Assembly (NCBI RefSeq): GCF_006345805.1
Contig: NC_043004.1
Span: forward strand, 86,118,001-86,182,000
DNA length: 64,000 nucleotides
From: Octopus sinensis
Lineage: Eukaryota
Direction: 5' to 3'
Shown here: piece after piece, positions 49,369 to 62,218 of the stretch
Layout: every line of letters begins with the position of its first letter
Numbering within the stretch: position 1 is the first letter of the stretch
Position numbers and translations under genes: made by a program
Notes under the pieces: generated by a model
The model's input: only the letters and a program-made list of their open reading frames with translations
What the model was told of the DNA's origin: nothing
Database searches by the model: none

Positions 49369-49640
49369 AGGCGGCGATCAAATCGACTGGGCCCCATCCC
49401 CAAAATTTCAGGCCTTGTATCTAATGTAGAAAAGAATATTTGGCAGGATTTTAAGGCGGCGAGTTGGCAGAAACGTTAGCAGCCCGGGCGAAATGCTTAG
49501 CGGTATTTCGTCTGCCGTTACGTTCTGAATTCAAATTCTGCCGAGGTCGACTTTGCCTTTTATCCTTTCGGGATCGATGAATTAAGTACCAGCTGCGTAC
49601 TGACATCGATGTAATCGACTGGCACCATCCCCAGAAATTG
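49369..49640 (+). mobile_element. SINE family B (deleted fragment plus monomer)
   Basis: ggcggcga...; gagttggcagaaacgttagc...gatgtaatcgactgg. Confidence 0.85.
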
Positions 49641-49679
49641 GTACTTATTTTACTAACACCGAGAGAATAAAAGAAGGCG

Positions 49680-49910
49680 CGTGACAGGGTGTCATGGCAC
49701 TGCGCTCAAGATTGCAGGATTGCATTTTCGATTTCTGGACCAGACGGTGTGTTGTATTCTTGAGCAAAACAATTCGTTTCACGTTGCACCAATCCCCTTA
49801 GCTGAGAGGTTAACCCTGCGACGGGCTGGCGTCCTGTTCTGGGGGGAAAATTGTGATTTCAGTCACTTATAAGCCATAGAAACCGAGTAACAGGCCGTAA
49901 GAGTCCTAGG
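49680..49910 (+). mobile_element. degenerate SINE with CORE-like and V-domain-like segments
   Basis: cttgagcaaaacaa..tttcacgttgc followed by aaccctgcgacgggctggcgtcctgttctgggg, similar to the CCCTGCGATGGACTGGC..CC.GTCCAGGG segment of V-domain SINEs. Confidence 0.55.
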
Positions 49911-50487
49911 ACTATATAATGTCCAGTGGCTGATGATGATGAAGGATAAAAAATACGAAAATTAATTTCAACAAGGTTTGAACTGACAGTGTAGGAGACG
50001 GAGGTATATATCTCATTACCGAGACACAATTCATCTTATCATTTTACTGAGTTACCCAATCAAGTAATAATACAACGTTAATAGTTACTTGGTCAAAGAA
50101 CATCAAGTTTTATTATCAATTTATTAATTAAGTTTCATATAAGATGAAAGAGTTGAAATTACATTCGTTTTTGATCCATCAAAGTTAAATTAACTTAATT
50201 ATAGATTGTTATTTTCAAATATTTCGTTTATTTTTGTGAGGCGAAAACGGTAGTTTTTTCTATTTATTTAATTATTTATCTACATTTATTTAATTATTTA
50301 TCTATGTCCTTGCTTTAGGGGAACAAGAAAATGGAAAATTAAATGATATAAAACTATATACGTAATTAAACTTTTAGCTTATATAGCGTTTTTATCTTAC
50401 ATAGATTCTAAAGTCATGACCTATTGAAAGCAGTACAAAGTAATAAAAAGTTAATGAGTGCTTTTAAATATGTATAACAGCAGTAGT

Positions 50488-50685
50488 GTGGTGGCGCAAT
50501 GGCCCAGTGGTTAGGGCCACGGACTCGCGGTCGAAAGAACGCGGTTTCGATTCCCAAACCGGGCATTGTGAATGTTTATTGAACAAAAACACCTAAGCTC
50601 CACGAGGCTCCGACGGAGGGAGGGTGGTGAAACCCTCTGTACTCTTTCACCACAATTTTCTCTTACTCATTCTTCCTACTTCTGC
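50488..50685 (+). mobile_element. SINE family C 5' half
   Basis: ggcgcaatggcccagtggttagggc...ggtttcgattccc...cacctaagctccacgaggctccg; reverse complement of 29400-29581. Confidence 0.88.
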
Positions 50686-51039
50686 CACAAAGCAGAGGAA
50701 CCATGGTGTAACCCATTATGGTGTGGTAAACTTTTAGACCCTAGTCTAGATTGCGAATCCTCTGTACCCCAGGATGGTTCAGCTCTCCACCCGTTAAAAG
50801 CCACCGTTTACAGAATGAGGATAACAACGTAGCTTTTGCGCCCGTGCAACCCCAGTCTATCGTGTGTGGTGGGTGGATCTTCAAGTTGCCACACACATTC
50901 TTAGTAGCTTAGAGTAGGCTCGAAATAGAGATTATTCTTTGTGGCTAATGGCGTGTGCCCTGATTGGAAGAAGACAACAGTGGTGTTGCTGAGTGGGTTA
51001 GGGGAATATAAGTTTTTACTGATTAAAATGCCTGGAATT

Positions 51040-51235
51040 TTAGGGGAGATAGCAAGTCGATAACACTACGACACTATAGTACTCAAGTCGTACTTTATTT
51101 TCTCGACCAACGAAACATAAAAAGCAAAGTTGACCTCGGCGGGATTTGAACTCATAACATAAAGAACTAGATAAAAAGTTGTTCAGCATTTTGTTTGGTG
51201 TGGTAAAAATTCTGCTAACCTGGTACCTTTTAGAA
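51040..51235 (-). mobile_element. SINE family B, degenerate
   Basis: aaagcaaagttgacctcggcgggatttgaactc. Confidence 0.7.
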
Positions 51236-51257
51236 TTGATTTTTATCCTCTCCTTGT

Positions 51258-51855
51258 AAGGCGGTGAGCTGGCAGGAACGTTAGCACGTCGGGCGAAATG
51301 CTTTGCGGTATTTCATCTGCTGTTACGTTGTGAGTTCAAATTCCGCCGAGGTCGACTTTGCCTTTCATCCTTTCGGGGTGATAAATTAAGTACCACTTAC
51401 GCACTGGGGTCGATGTAATCGACTTAATACCTATGTCTGTCCTTGTTTGTCCCCTCTGTGTTTAGCCCCTTGTGGGTAATAAAGAAATAGAAATAGGTAT
51501 TTCGTCTGCGTTACGTTGTGAGTTCAAATTCCGCCGAGGTTGACTTTGCCTTTCATCATTTCGGAGTCGATAAATTAAGTACCAGTTACGCACTGGGGTC
51601 GATATAATCTATGTCTGTCCTTGTTTGTCCCCTTTATGTTTAGCCCCTTGCGGGTAATAAAGAAATAGGTATTTCATCTGCTGTTACGTTGTGAGTTCAA
51701 ATTCCGCCGAGGTTGACTTTGCCTTTCATCCCTTTCGGGGTCGATTAAATAAATACCAGTTACGTACTGGGGTCTATATAATCGACTTAACCCCTTTGTC
51801 TGTCCTTGTTTGTCCCTTCTGTGTTTAGCCCCTTGTGGGTAGTAAAGAAATAAGT
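51258..51855 (+). mobile_element. SINE family B head plus 3 tandem body units
   Basis: GTATTT unit starts at 51308, 51497 and 51669; ends aaagaaataagta. Confidence 0.92.
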
Positions 51856-53264
51856 ATATATATATATATATATATGTATATTCTCATGCAAACACCCATA
51901 TGTATGTAGATACACATTCGTGCTGTGTTCTGGAATATACGTGACGCGTATATATACTCAGGCTTGCACGTGTTTTTTTTTCTTTCAGTTTGATGTGTGT
52001 TTATTTTCTATGCCTGCCTGATAAATGATTGATTCATAACTCTGCGCATGTGTTCACGCATGCGTAAAGAAGTTTAGTATAAGTGGGAAATTGATAGAGA
52101 ATATACGGGAGTTTGTATGTGTGTGTATGCGTGTGTGTATTCATCATTCGTGTTTGTGTCTGTGTGCGCACGCGTGCATGTGTGTGTGTGCGTGTGTGCA
52201 TATGTGTGTATGCGCTTGTGTGTGTGTGCGTGTGAGTTATATGCATGTGTACGTGCATGTGTGCGTGTAGGCGCGTGCGTGTGTGTTTGTGTGCGCACGC
52301 GTGCATGTGTGTGTGTGTGCGTCAGTGCGTGTGTGCATATGTGTGCCTGTGTGTGTATATGTGCACTTGCATGTGTGCGTGTAGGCGCGTGCATGTGCCT
52401 TATGTGTGTGTGTTCGTGCATGTGTGCGTGTGTGTGTGTATGCATACGTATGTGTGTGCGTGTTTATATGTGTACGGGCATGTGTACGTGCATGTGTGCG
52501 TGTAGGCGCATGCGTGTGTGTATATGTGTGTTTGAGTGCGTGCATGTGTGCTCGTGTGTGCATATGTGTGTATGCGTGTGTGTGCATGTATGTATGCCTG
52601 TGCTTGTGTGCGTGCGTGTGGGCGCACCGTCTGTCTGTATGTGTGTATGTGCGTGTCTGTGTGTGTGTATGTATGTATGAGTGCGCGTGTGTGTGTGCAT
52701 ACGAGTGTTTGTGTTTGGGTTTTGTAATACTTCATCAGATGCGAATGTTTTGAGTTGGCGCTAAGTACATATTTTGTTTTGACATCAACATAAATTTTTT
52801 TTGACACATCTTTGCTGCCATTGTCACTGCTGCTGCTACGGCTACTGCTGCTACTGTTGTTGTTCTCAAATATTCTAGATCAATCTAATTATGTCTCGAC
52901 CCCAAGAATCACCTCCTCTCTCCACTCACTTTCATTTTATATTATATCCTTTTTTTTTTTATAATTTACTTTATTTTTTCACGAGGAGTCACCTTCTCAC
53001 CCTCGCATCTTTCCTTCCTTCCTGTCATAATTGTTCTGCGTATTACGTATTTTTCCCCCTGAAGATGCACCTTATTCACCCCTAACCACGTGACTTCTAG
53101 ACATCATCATTATCATTATTATCATCATCATCATCATAATCATCTTCATGATCATCATCAACAACAGCCACATCGTAGAAAACCCTTAAGCAATCGGTCG
53201 GTGTGATATCTCAGAAATAGCAACCATGTCTGCCTCCACAGATCAGATCATAAACTAGAAGCTT

Positions 53265-53473
53265 ATCTTTTATTTTTCATTTGTTTCAGTCGTTAGACGG
53301 CGGCCATGCTGGGGCACCACCTTGAAAACATTTTTGTCGGCTGAATCAGCGCCAGTACTTTTTATTTATTTATTTAATTTATTTGTAAAGCCTGCTACTT
53401 ATTTTATCCGGCTTTTTTTGCCGAACCGCTAAGTTACGGGAACGGAAAAACACCAACGTCGGTTGTCAAGCGG
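53265..53473 (-). mobile_element. SINE family A 3' half
   Basis: ttgtttcagtc...ggccatgctggggcaccacc...gccgaaccgctaagttacggg. Confidence 0.8.
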
Positions 53474-53477
53474 TACT

Positions 53478-53508
<31 letters not shown>

Positions 53509-53832
53509 ATGAAAGAGCGTGGCTTAGTGGTCAGGGTATTCGGCTCACGATCACAAGATCGTGAGTTCAATTACCAGCGACGCGATGTGTCCTTGAGCAA
53601 GACATTTCATTTCCCCTTTACTCCAGTCTTCTCAGCTGGCAAAAATGGGTAGTACGTGTATATCAAAGGATCCAGCCTTGTCACACTCTGTGTCACGCTG
53701 AATCTCTCTAGGAACTACGTTAAGGATACACGTGTCTGTGGAGTATTCAGCCACTTGCACGTTAATTTCACGAGCAAACTGTTCCGTTGATCGGATCAAC
53801 TGGAACCCTCGTAACCGACGGAGTGCCAGTAC
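53509..53832 (+). mobile_element. SINE with alternative tRNA head, CORE-like middle and family C tail
   Basis: gcgtggcttagtggtcagggtattcggc...gagttcaatt; gtgtccttgagcaagac; tail same as the reverse complement of 29197-29400. Confidence 0.88.
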
Positions 53833-53835
53833 ATT

Positions 53836-53836
53836 C

Positions 53837-53916
<80 letters not shown>

Positions 53917-53974
53917 GGATGGATGGGTGGATAGATAGATAGACAGACAGACATGCATGCATGCATACATACAT

Positions 53975-54007
<33 letters not shown>

Positions 54008-54040
54008 TAGATAGACAGAAAAACAGAAAGACAAACAGAC

Positions 54041-54106
<66 letters not shown>

Positions 54107-54128
54107 GCAGATAGATAGACAGATAGAC

Positions 54129-54196
<68 letters not shown>
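53836..54196. repeat. (GATA)n/(GACA)n tetranucleotide tract
   Basis: Direct inspection. Confidence 0.95.
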
Positions 54197-54197
<1 letters not shown>

Positions 54198-54619
54198 TGA
54201 CGGGCTTCTTTCAGTTTCCGTCTACCAAATCCACTCGCAAGACATTGGTCAACCTGAAGCTATAGCAGAAGACACTTGTCCAAGGTACCATTAGAACTGA
54301 CTTTGGAGATTAATATTGGATATTACAAAAAGGCGGGATGGGTATGGCTGGAACGAACATTTTTACTTACAGATCTGCCCGATTGGACTTTAATTCAGAT
54401 TTGGAAAAAAAACCCGGCTCCTCCTCATTGTCATCACCACCATCATCATTACTATCACCATTATCAACCCTCATGACCATGACGACGATGATGATGATCA
54501 TCATCATCATAATCAATGGTTCTCAACGGGTCCATATGGCCCCTGGAGTCCATATAAGATTTGGACGGGGACCACACAGCATAATAGTATATTGAGTCCA
54601 CATTCGTATTTTAAGGGTA

Positions 54620-54995
54620 AATGGAAAAAATTTGCTTAGTGGTATTTCGTCTGTCTTTACGTTCTGAGTTCAAATTCTGCCGAGGTCGACTTTGCCATTC
54701 ATCCTTTCGGGGTCGATAAATTAAGTACCAGTTGCGTACTAGGTTCGAAGTAATCGACTGGTCCCCTCCCCCAAAATTTCGGGCCTTGTGTCTAGGGTAG
54801 AAAAGAATCTTTAGCACGTCGGGCGAAATGATTAGCGGCATTCCGTCCGTCTTTACGTTCTGAGTTCAAATTCCGCCGAGGTCGACTTTGCCTTTCATCC
54901 TTTCAGGGTCGATAAATTAAGTACCAGTTGCGTACTGGGGCCGATGAGATTTACTTACTCCCTGTCCCACGAAATTGCGGGCCTTGTGCCAAACT
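54620..54995 (+). mobile_element. two tandem SINE family B monomers
   Basis: gagttcaaatt..gccgaggtcgac at ~54665 and ~54862, each with a ccttgtg tail. Confidence 0.88.
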
Positions 54996-55164
54996 AAGCC
55001 TTCTCACCCAACAGATTCCTTGTCTTGTGCTGGGCTTGCGTAAAAAGTAAGAAGGCTTTGGATTAGTAGACTCGTAAAACGCATTGAATAAAAGTGCTTT
55101 TCCGGTATTTGTTTAGTTCTTTGAGTTCTGAGTTCAAATCCTGTCGAGGGACTGAAATCCTGTG

Positions 55165-55636
55165 ATGGCGGTGTTGGTGGTAGTGGTTGTAGTAGTGGTG
55201 ATGGTGATGGTAGTAGTAATGGTGGCGGTGATGGTGATAGTAGTTGCAGAAGTAGTAGTAGTAGTAGTGGTGGTATATTTTCGAACTGTTTCTCCCGAAA
55301 CTTCTAACGACAAAAGTTCTTATAATTACATCAATCACTTTTTCATCCATTCCCATACCCCACCCCTATCACCACCCCTACACCCGATGCGCTCGCACCC
55401 TACACACCCTGCATCCACCTGCTTCCCCCGTCCCTCCGTCTCTTACCCCCACCACCTCCCACTGCCACCCGCTAACCCCGTACATCTGTTCCCTTCTTAA
55501 TCACTTTGTTGTCGTTGTCCTAATTACAAAACAACTGAGATTCATCTTCGTCTTCATCGTTGCTGTCATCGTCATTATCATCGTCGTCGTCATCATCAGC
55601 ATCATCATCATCGTCGTCGTCATCATCATCATCATC

Positions 55637-55685
<49 letters not shown>

Positions 55686-56431
55686 GTTCCATCGTCATCA
55701 TGGCCATTACTCTATCGTCGTCGATATCGTCGGCATCATCTTCGAAGTCGTCGTCGTCGGGGTCGCATTCATCATCATCCTTAATCATCGTCGTCGTCGT
55801 TGTCATCATTGTCACCATCACCTACCACCACCGTCGTCGGCGGCGACGACAGCGGCGTTGACGTATTTATCACTATCATCCTCATCCTTTTCATCCTCTC
55901 CTCCTTCTCCTCATCCTCATCCTCCTCATCCTCATCCTCCTCATCCTCATCCTCATCCTCATCCTCCTCATCCTCATCCCCCTCCTCCTCATCCTCTACC
56001 TCCACCTCCTCTTCCTCTTCTCTTCACCATCATCCTCATCTTCATCCTCCTCCTCCTCCTCATCATCATCATCATCTTCTTCATCCTCCTCATCTTCATC
56101 CTCATCATCGTCATCCTCTCCTCTTCCTCCTCCTCCTCATCATAATCATCATCATCTTCTTCATCCTCCTCATCTTCATCCTCATCATCGTCATCCTCTC
56201 CTCTTCCTCCTCCTCCTCCTCATCATCATCATCATCGTCATTATCCGTATCCGCTTCATTCTCATCCTCATCATCCTCATCATTATTATCCTCTTCCTCC
56301 ACCTCCCCCCTTCTCTACCTTTCCTCCATCATCATCATTATCATCATCATCCTCCCTTCATCCTCCTCCTCATCGTCATCAGCATCATAAACGTCATCGT
56401 CATCCAAAATCATTGTTATTCGCATCGTCTT

Positions 56432-56469
<38 letters not shown>

Positions 56470-56889
56470 ATTCTTCTGCTTCGCTATGGTAATCTTTATA
56501 TTACAACATTGAACTCCTGTCACCTTTACTACCACCACCACCACCACCACCACAACAACAACAACAACAACACAACAGCAGCAGAAGCAATAACCACAAC
56601 AATTACCACCACCCGCAACTACCTTCACCTACCACTTCCATACCCCGAACTTCAGTTATGTCTAAAATGTCCACCCACCCCATTCCTCCCCGCCAAACAC
56701 CTCCCAACAGCCTATGACACAGCGCCCCCTATATTTATGACATTAAACGAAGTTGTAGGAGACTTTAACAGCAGTCGTCGGAGTTGTGTCGTCATATTTT
56801 GATGAAGACAACCTCAGTTGGACACACGTCTCTCTCTCTCTCCTTCCCATTCTCTCTTTCTCTAACAGGTAGTAGTAGTAGTGGTAGTT

Positions 56890-56939
<50 letters not shown>

Positions 56940-57012
56940 GGTTGTAGTAGCAGTAGTAATGGCAGCGGTAACAACCATAGCAGCACCAGCAATGGCAGCA
57001 GCAGCAGTAGTA

Positions 57013-57050
<38 letters not shown>

Positions 57051-57210
57051 CAAGTAGTAGTAGTAGTAGTAGTACAAGTAGTAGTACAAGTAGTAGTACA
57101 AGTGGTAGTAGTAGTAGTAGTAGTAGCGGCAGCAGTAGCAGCCATAGCAGCAGCAGTGGCAGCCATAGCAGCAGCAGTGGCAGCCATAGCAGCAGCAGTA
57201 GTATTAGTAC

Positions 57211-57242
<32 letters not shown>

Positions 57243-57282
57243 TAGTAGTAGTAGTAGTAGTAGCAGCAGCAGCAGCAGCCGC

Positions 57283-57321
<39 letters not shown>

Positions 57322-57339
57322 GGTGGTGGTGGTAGCAAT

Positions 57340-57371
<32 letters not shown>

Positions 57372-57400
57372 CAGCAATGACAGACGGAGAAGCAAGAGTA
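55165..57400. repeat. cryptic trinucleotide tracts (GTA/GTG, TCA/TCC, CAC/CAA, AGT/AGC)
   Basis: Source of the poly-S/poly-L/poly-T ORFs. Confidence 0.93.
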
Positions 57401-57429
57401 GCAGGGACAGTAATATTTCTACGGTACAA

Positions 57430-58025
57430 GGTGGCGAGCTGGCAGAGAAGTTAGCACGCCGGACAAAATGCTTGGCGGCATTTCGTCCGTCTTTACGGGA
57501 GGGGGAGCGATGTAATCAACTTAACCCTCTCCCTGGAACCTGCTGGCCTTGTGTTAAAATTTTAAACTAAAATTACACGGCAACATAGAAACAGCAGTAG
57601 AGCGGCGAGCTGGCAGACTCGTTAGCATGTAGGGCGAAATGCTTAGCGGTTAAGTTCTGAGTTCAAACTGCGCTAAGAACGACATTGCCCTTTCATCGTT
57701 TTGGAGTCGATAAATTAAGTATCAGTGAAGTACTAGGGTCGATGTAATCGACTAGTCCTCTCCCCACAAATTTCAGGATTTGTGACTATTATAGAAAAGA
57801 TTATTATTTTTGTTAAGACTGTGAGCTGGCAGAATTGTTAGCACGCTAGGCGAAATGCTTAGCGGTATTTCGTCTGTATTTACGATCTGAGTTCAAATTC
57901 CGCCGAGATCAACTTTGCTTTTCATCGTTCGGGGTCGATTAAATAAGTACCAGTTATGCACAGGGTCAATGTAATCGACTTAATTCCTTTGTCTGTCCTT
58001 GTTTGTCCGCTCTATGTTTAACCCC
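57430..58025 (+). mobile_element. three consecutive SINE family B copies
   Basis: gagctggcaga heads at ~57436, 57606 and 57822. Confidence 0.85.
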
Positions 58026-58026
58026 C

Positions 58027-58180
58027 GTGGCTGTGTGGTTAGTAGCTTGCTTACCAACCACATGGTCTCGGGTTCAATCCCACCTGCATGACACCATGGA
58101 CGAGTGGCTTCTACTATAGCCTCGGGCCGACCAAAGCCTTGTGAGTGGATTTGGTAGACGGAAACTGAATGAAGCCCGTC

Positions 58181-58259
<79 letters not shown>

Positions 58260-58465
58260 GAGTGTATGTTTGTGTTTATTACCCCACTATCGCTTGACAA
58301 CCGATGTTGGTGTGTTTACGTCCTTGTAACTTAGCGGTTCGGCAAAAGAGACCTATAGAATAAGTATTAAACTTACAAAAGAATAAGACGTAGGGCGATT
58401 TGTTCGACTAAAGATGCTGCTCCAGCATGGCCGTAGACTGAAACAAGTAAAAGAATAAAAGAATA
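58027..58465 (+). mobile_element. SINE family A, full length
   Basis: gtggctgtgtggttagtagc...(TA)n(TG)n...gactgaaacaagtaaaagaataaaagaata. Confidence 0.9.
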
Positions 58466-59432
58466 ATATGAAAGCAGCAGCAGTAGCAATAGAAACAGCA
58501 ATGTTGAAAGTGACAGTAATATCACTGTAGCAGCAGGGGTCGCAGCAGCAGTGGTAACAGAGACAGTAATATCACCACAGCAACAGCAGCAGCAATGGTA
58601 GCGGCAGTAGTGGCAGGGACAGTAATATCACTATAGCAGCACCAACAGCAGTGGTAGTAGTCATAATATCATTACAGCAGCAGAAGCGGCAGAGGTAGCA
58701 GCAGCAATGGTAGCAGGAAACATCAGTTTCCAAATTGCAACCGCAGCAGCAATGACAGCAGCAATAAAAAGTGACGTATTACTACCACTAACGTTGCTAC
58801 AGCAGCAGCAGCAGCTGTGGTGGTGTGGTGGTGGTGGTGGTGGTGGTGGTGGTGGTGGTGGTGGTGGTGTGGTTGATGGTGGTGGTAACAGCAGCAACAA
58901 CAGTAGCAGTAAATACTGCTGCTGCTGCTGTTGTTGTCCTTGTGATGGAGGCTGTTCCTCCACTTTGACACCATGACCAACAAAATCAACAACTTTCTAA
59001 TGTGTATGTATGTATGTATGTATATATGTACGTATGCATGTATGTATGGGCTTTTCTGTTTTTAACAATTTAAATTCTTCGTCTGAGAAAGAACTGGTTT
59101 CTAACAAAATTCCCAAACTCCATCGTTGGAACGTAGATCACAAAAAATTAAAGTCACATTTTAAATCTCTGAAAAGTCTTGCATATTTTTATTGTTCCAC
59201 TTATAGATTGTATTTGCTATGAGCTAATTTGTTGGTTGATTTCTTTTTCTGAAAATCCAAGTTCATCCATATTGTCACATAAGAAACAGCCATAAGATTA
59301 TGCAATGTTACGCAACTCCCAACTCATCAGGTTTACCAAATAAAAAAACCAACAATGACATGTTGATTAAGCAACTGTATGTGTGTATGTGTATGGGGGA
59401 TGAACACGTGCGTGCGTGTGTGTGTGTGTGTG

Positions 59433-59473
<41 letters not shown>

Positions 59474-59662
59474 AATCGAATCCAATACAGCCTTGAGTAT
59501 GTGTGCATGTGTTGGTGTGTATAGGCTGCTTGTCGGTCAATACTTGTAAGCGCTTATGTCAATGAATGTGTGTATATATGTCTCATCAGATATATGTGTA
59601 TGAGTGTGTATTTTTGAGAATCCGGTTGTTCTTCAGTGTTTGTGTGTTTGTGCGTGTGTGTA

Positions 59663-59711
<49 letters not shown>

Positions 59712-59884
59712 GAGAGAGAATGTAACTGTGTATATGCATAATCATGCACGGACACATATACGCATACATACAATTGCATCTTATACACATTGTATATGTA
59801 TGTACATACATTTACATATGTATATGTTTGTGTGTGTTTGTGGGAGTGTGTGTGCGTATATATGTGTGTAAATATATATATATA

Positions 59885-59926
<42 letters not shown>

Positions 59927-60659
59927 ACATTATATATGGTTACATGTATACACATATACATATATAAGTATATATATGTGTTTGTATATGTGAGCATGTG
60001 TGTGTGTGCAAATATATATCTATGTATTTGTATGCGCGTGTGTGTGTGCGCGTGTCGATGTATGTATATTTTCGCTGATATATGCATATCCTTCCAAGTG
60101 CGTATCTCTGTATCTTATACACACACGCACGCGCGTGCACACTCTTACAAAATCCTGCAGTGTGACTGACTGCATTAAACATACGGTAAATGTGCCAGGC
60201 GACCCGATGGCGGCATATCTGCATATCGTCTCTCGTCCGAGATAATCTGATCTTCCCATCACATTCCTATAAAACACCGAACGGGATTAAACAGATTAAA
60301 GAGATTCGGTGAATAGCCTTTTTACATTCTTACATAAATACCTACATCCTAGCACATCCTCCATAACCGGAAGTGACGACACAACAAAGGTATCTCAAAG
60401 CTTTTGATACCATTCGTCGATAAATTCATAGACATGTCGCCTCTGTCATCTTATATTTGTTCTTGTTAAACAATCGAAATGACAACTTCGTTTTTTAAGT
60501 TAGACGCTGACGGCAATAATCTAGTATTTGTCAATCAGACGGTGGTCGTCGTCGTCGTCGTGTCGTTAGTGGTGGTGGTGGTGTCGGTGGTGGTGGTGGT
60601 GGTGATAATGGTGTTGGTGCTATAGTAGTAAGCTATCATTATTAGATGTAGCCATAAAG

Positions 60660-61860
60660 TAGCGAGCTGGCAGAATCGTTAGCAAGCCGGGTGGAATGCC
60701 TAGCGGTCTGGCAGAAACGTTAGCGCGCCGGACGAAATGCTGAGCGGTATTTCGTCTGCCGCTACGTTCTGAGTTCAAATTCCGCCGAGGTCGACTTTGC
60801 CTTTCATCCTTTCGTGGTCGATAAATTAAGTACCAGTTACGCACTGGGGTCGATGTAATCGACTTAATACCTATGTCTGTCCTTGTTTGTCCTCTCTATG
60901 TTTAGCCCCTTGTGGGTAATAAAGAAATAGGTATTTCGTCTATCGTTACGTTCTGAGTTCAAATTCCGCCGAGGTCGACTTTGCCTTTCATCCTTTCGGG
61001 GTCGATAAATTAAGTACCAGTTACGCACTGGGGTCGATATAATTGACTTAATCCATTTGTCTGTACTTATTTGTCCCTTCTATGTTTAGCCCCCGGTGGG
61101 CAATAAAGAATTAAATTATTACATGTAGCCATAAGGCAGCAAACTGGCAGAAACGTTAGCACGCTGGGTGAAATGCCTAGCGGTATTTCGTCTGCCGCCA
61201 CGTTCTGAGTTCAAATTCTGCCGAGGTTGACTTTACTTTTCATCCTTTCGGGGACGATTGAATAAGTACCAGTTACGCACTGGGGTTGATATAATCGACT
61301 TAATCTGTTTGTCTGTCCTTGTTTGTCCTCTCTGTGTTTAGCCCCTTGTGGGTAGTAAAGAAATAGGTATTTCGTCTGCCGCTACATTCTGAGTTCAAAT
61401 TCCGCCGAGGTCGACTTTCCCTTTTATCCTTTCGGGGTCGATTAAATAAGTACTAGTTACGCACTGGGGTCGATGTAATCGACTTAATCCATTTGTCTGT
61501 CCTTGTTTGTCCTCTCTGTGTTTAGCCCCTTGTGGGTAGTAAAAATATAGGTATTTCGTCTGCCGTTACGTTCTGAGTTCAAATTCCGCCGAAGTCGACT
61601 TTACCGTTCATCCTTTCAGGATCAATAAATGAAGTACCATTTACTCACAGGGCTCGATGTAATTGACTATCACCCTTCTCCAAAAAAGGTTCAAGGCCTT
61701 GTACCTATAGTAGGAAGGATTATTACATGTAGCCATAACGCGGTGAGATGGCAGAATCGTTAGCACTCTGGACAGAATACTTAGTGACATTTCGTCCGTC
61801 CTTATGTTCTGAGTTCAAATTCCGCCGAGGTCGTCTTGTGGCAAAATTTGAAACCATTAT
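60660..61860 (+). mobile_element. SINE family B multimer cluster (three heads, five body units)
   Basis: GTATTTCG unit starts at 60747, 60931, 61183, 61367 and 61551 (period 184 within each array). Confidence 0.93.
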
Positions 61861-61993
61861 AACATATAGCCCAGGCAGTGAACTGGCAGAATTGGCGGCG
61901 CGGTGGCGATTGTGTTGGTGTCGTTTTGTCGTTCCCTTTCAAAACGAACAAATCGACGACACAACAAAGGTATCTCAAGCTTAAATCTGATAC

Positions 61994-62085
61994 TTATTGT
62001 ATCGGTTTCTTTGACTGAACCGCTACGTTTGAGACGCACATAAACCAAAATCAGTTGTCACGTAGTGGTGGAGGACAAGCACAAC

Positions 62086-62128
<43 letters not shown>

Positions 62129-62151
62129 TTGTAGATAGATAGGTAGGTAGT

Positions 62152-62218
<67 letters not shown>

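Noticed and set aside
55501-57429. Poly-Ser/Leu/Thr/acidic ORFs
   Set aside because: These are cryptic trinucleotide repeats, with several frames open simply because the triplets lack stops.
60747-60930. Hammerhead inside the 184-bp SINE B unit (retrozyme model)
   Set aside because: No CTGANGA on either strand of the unit; other ribozyme classes were not tested.
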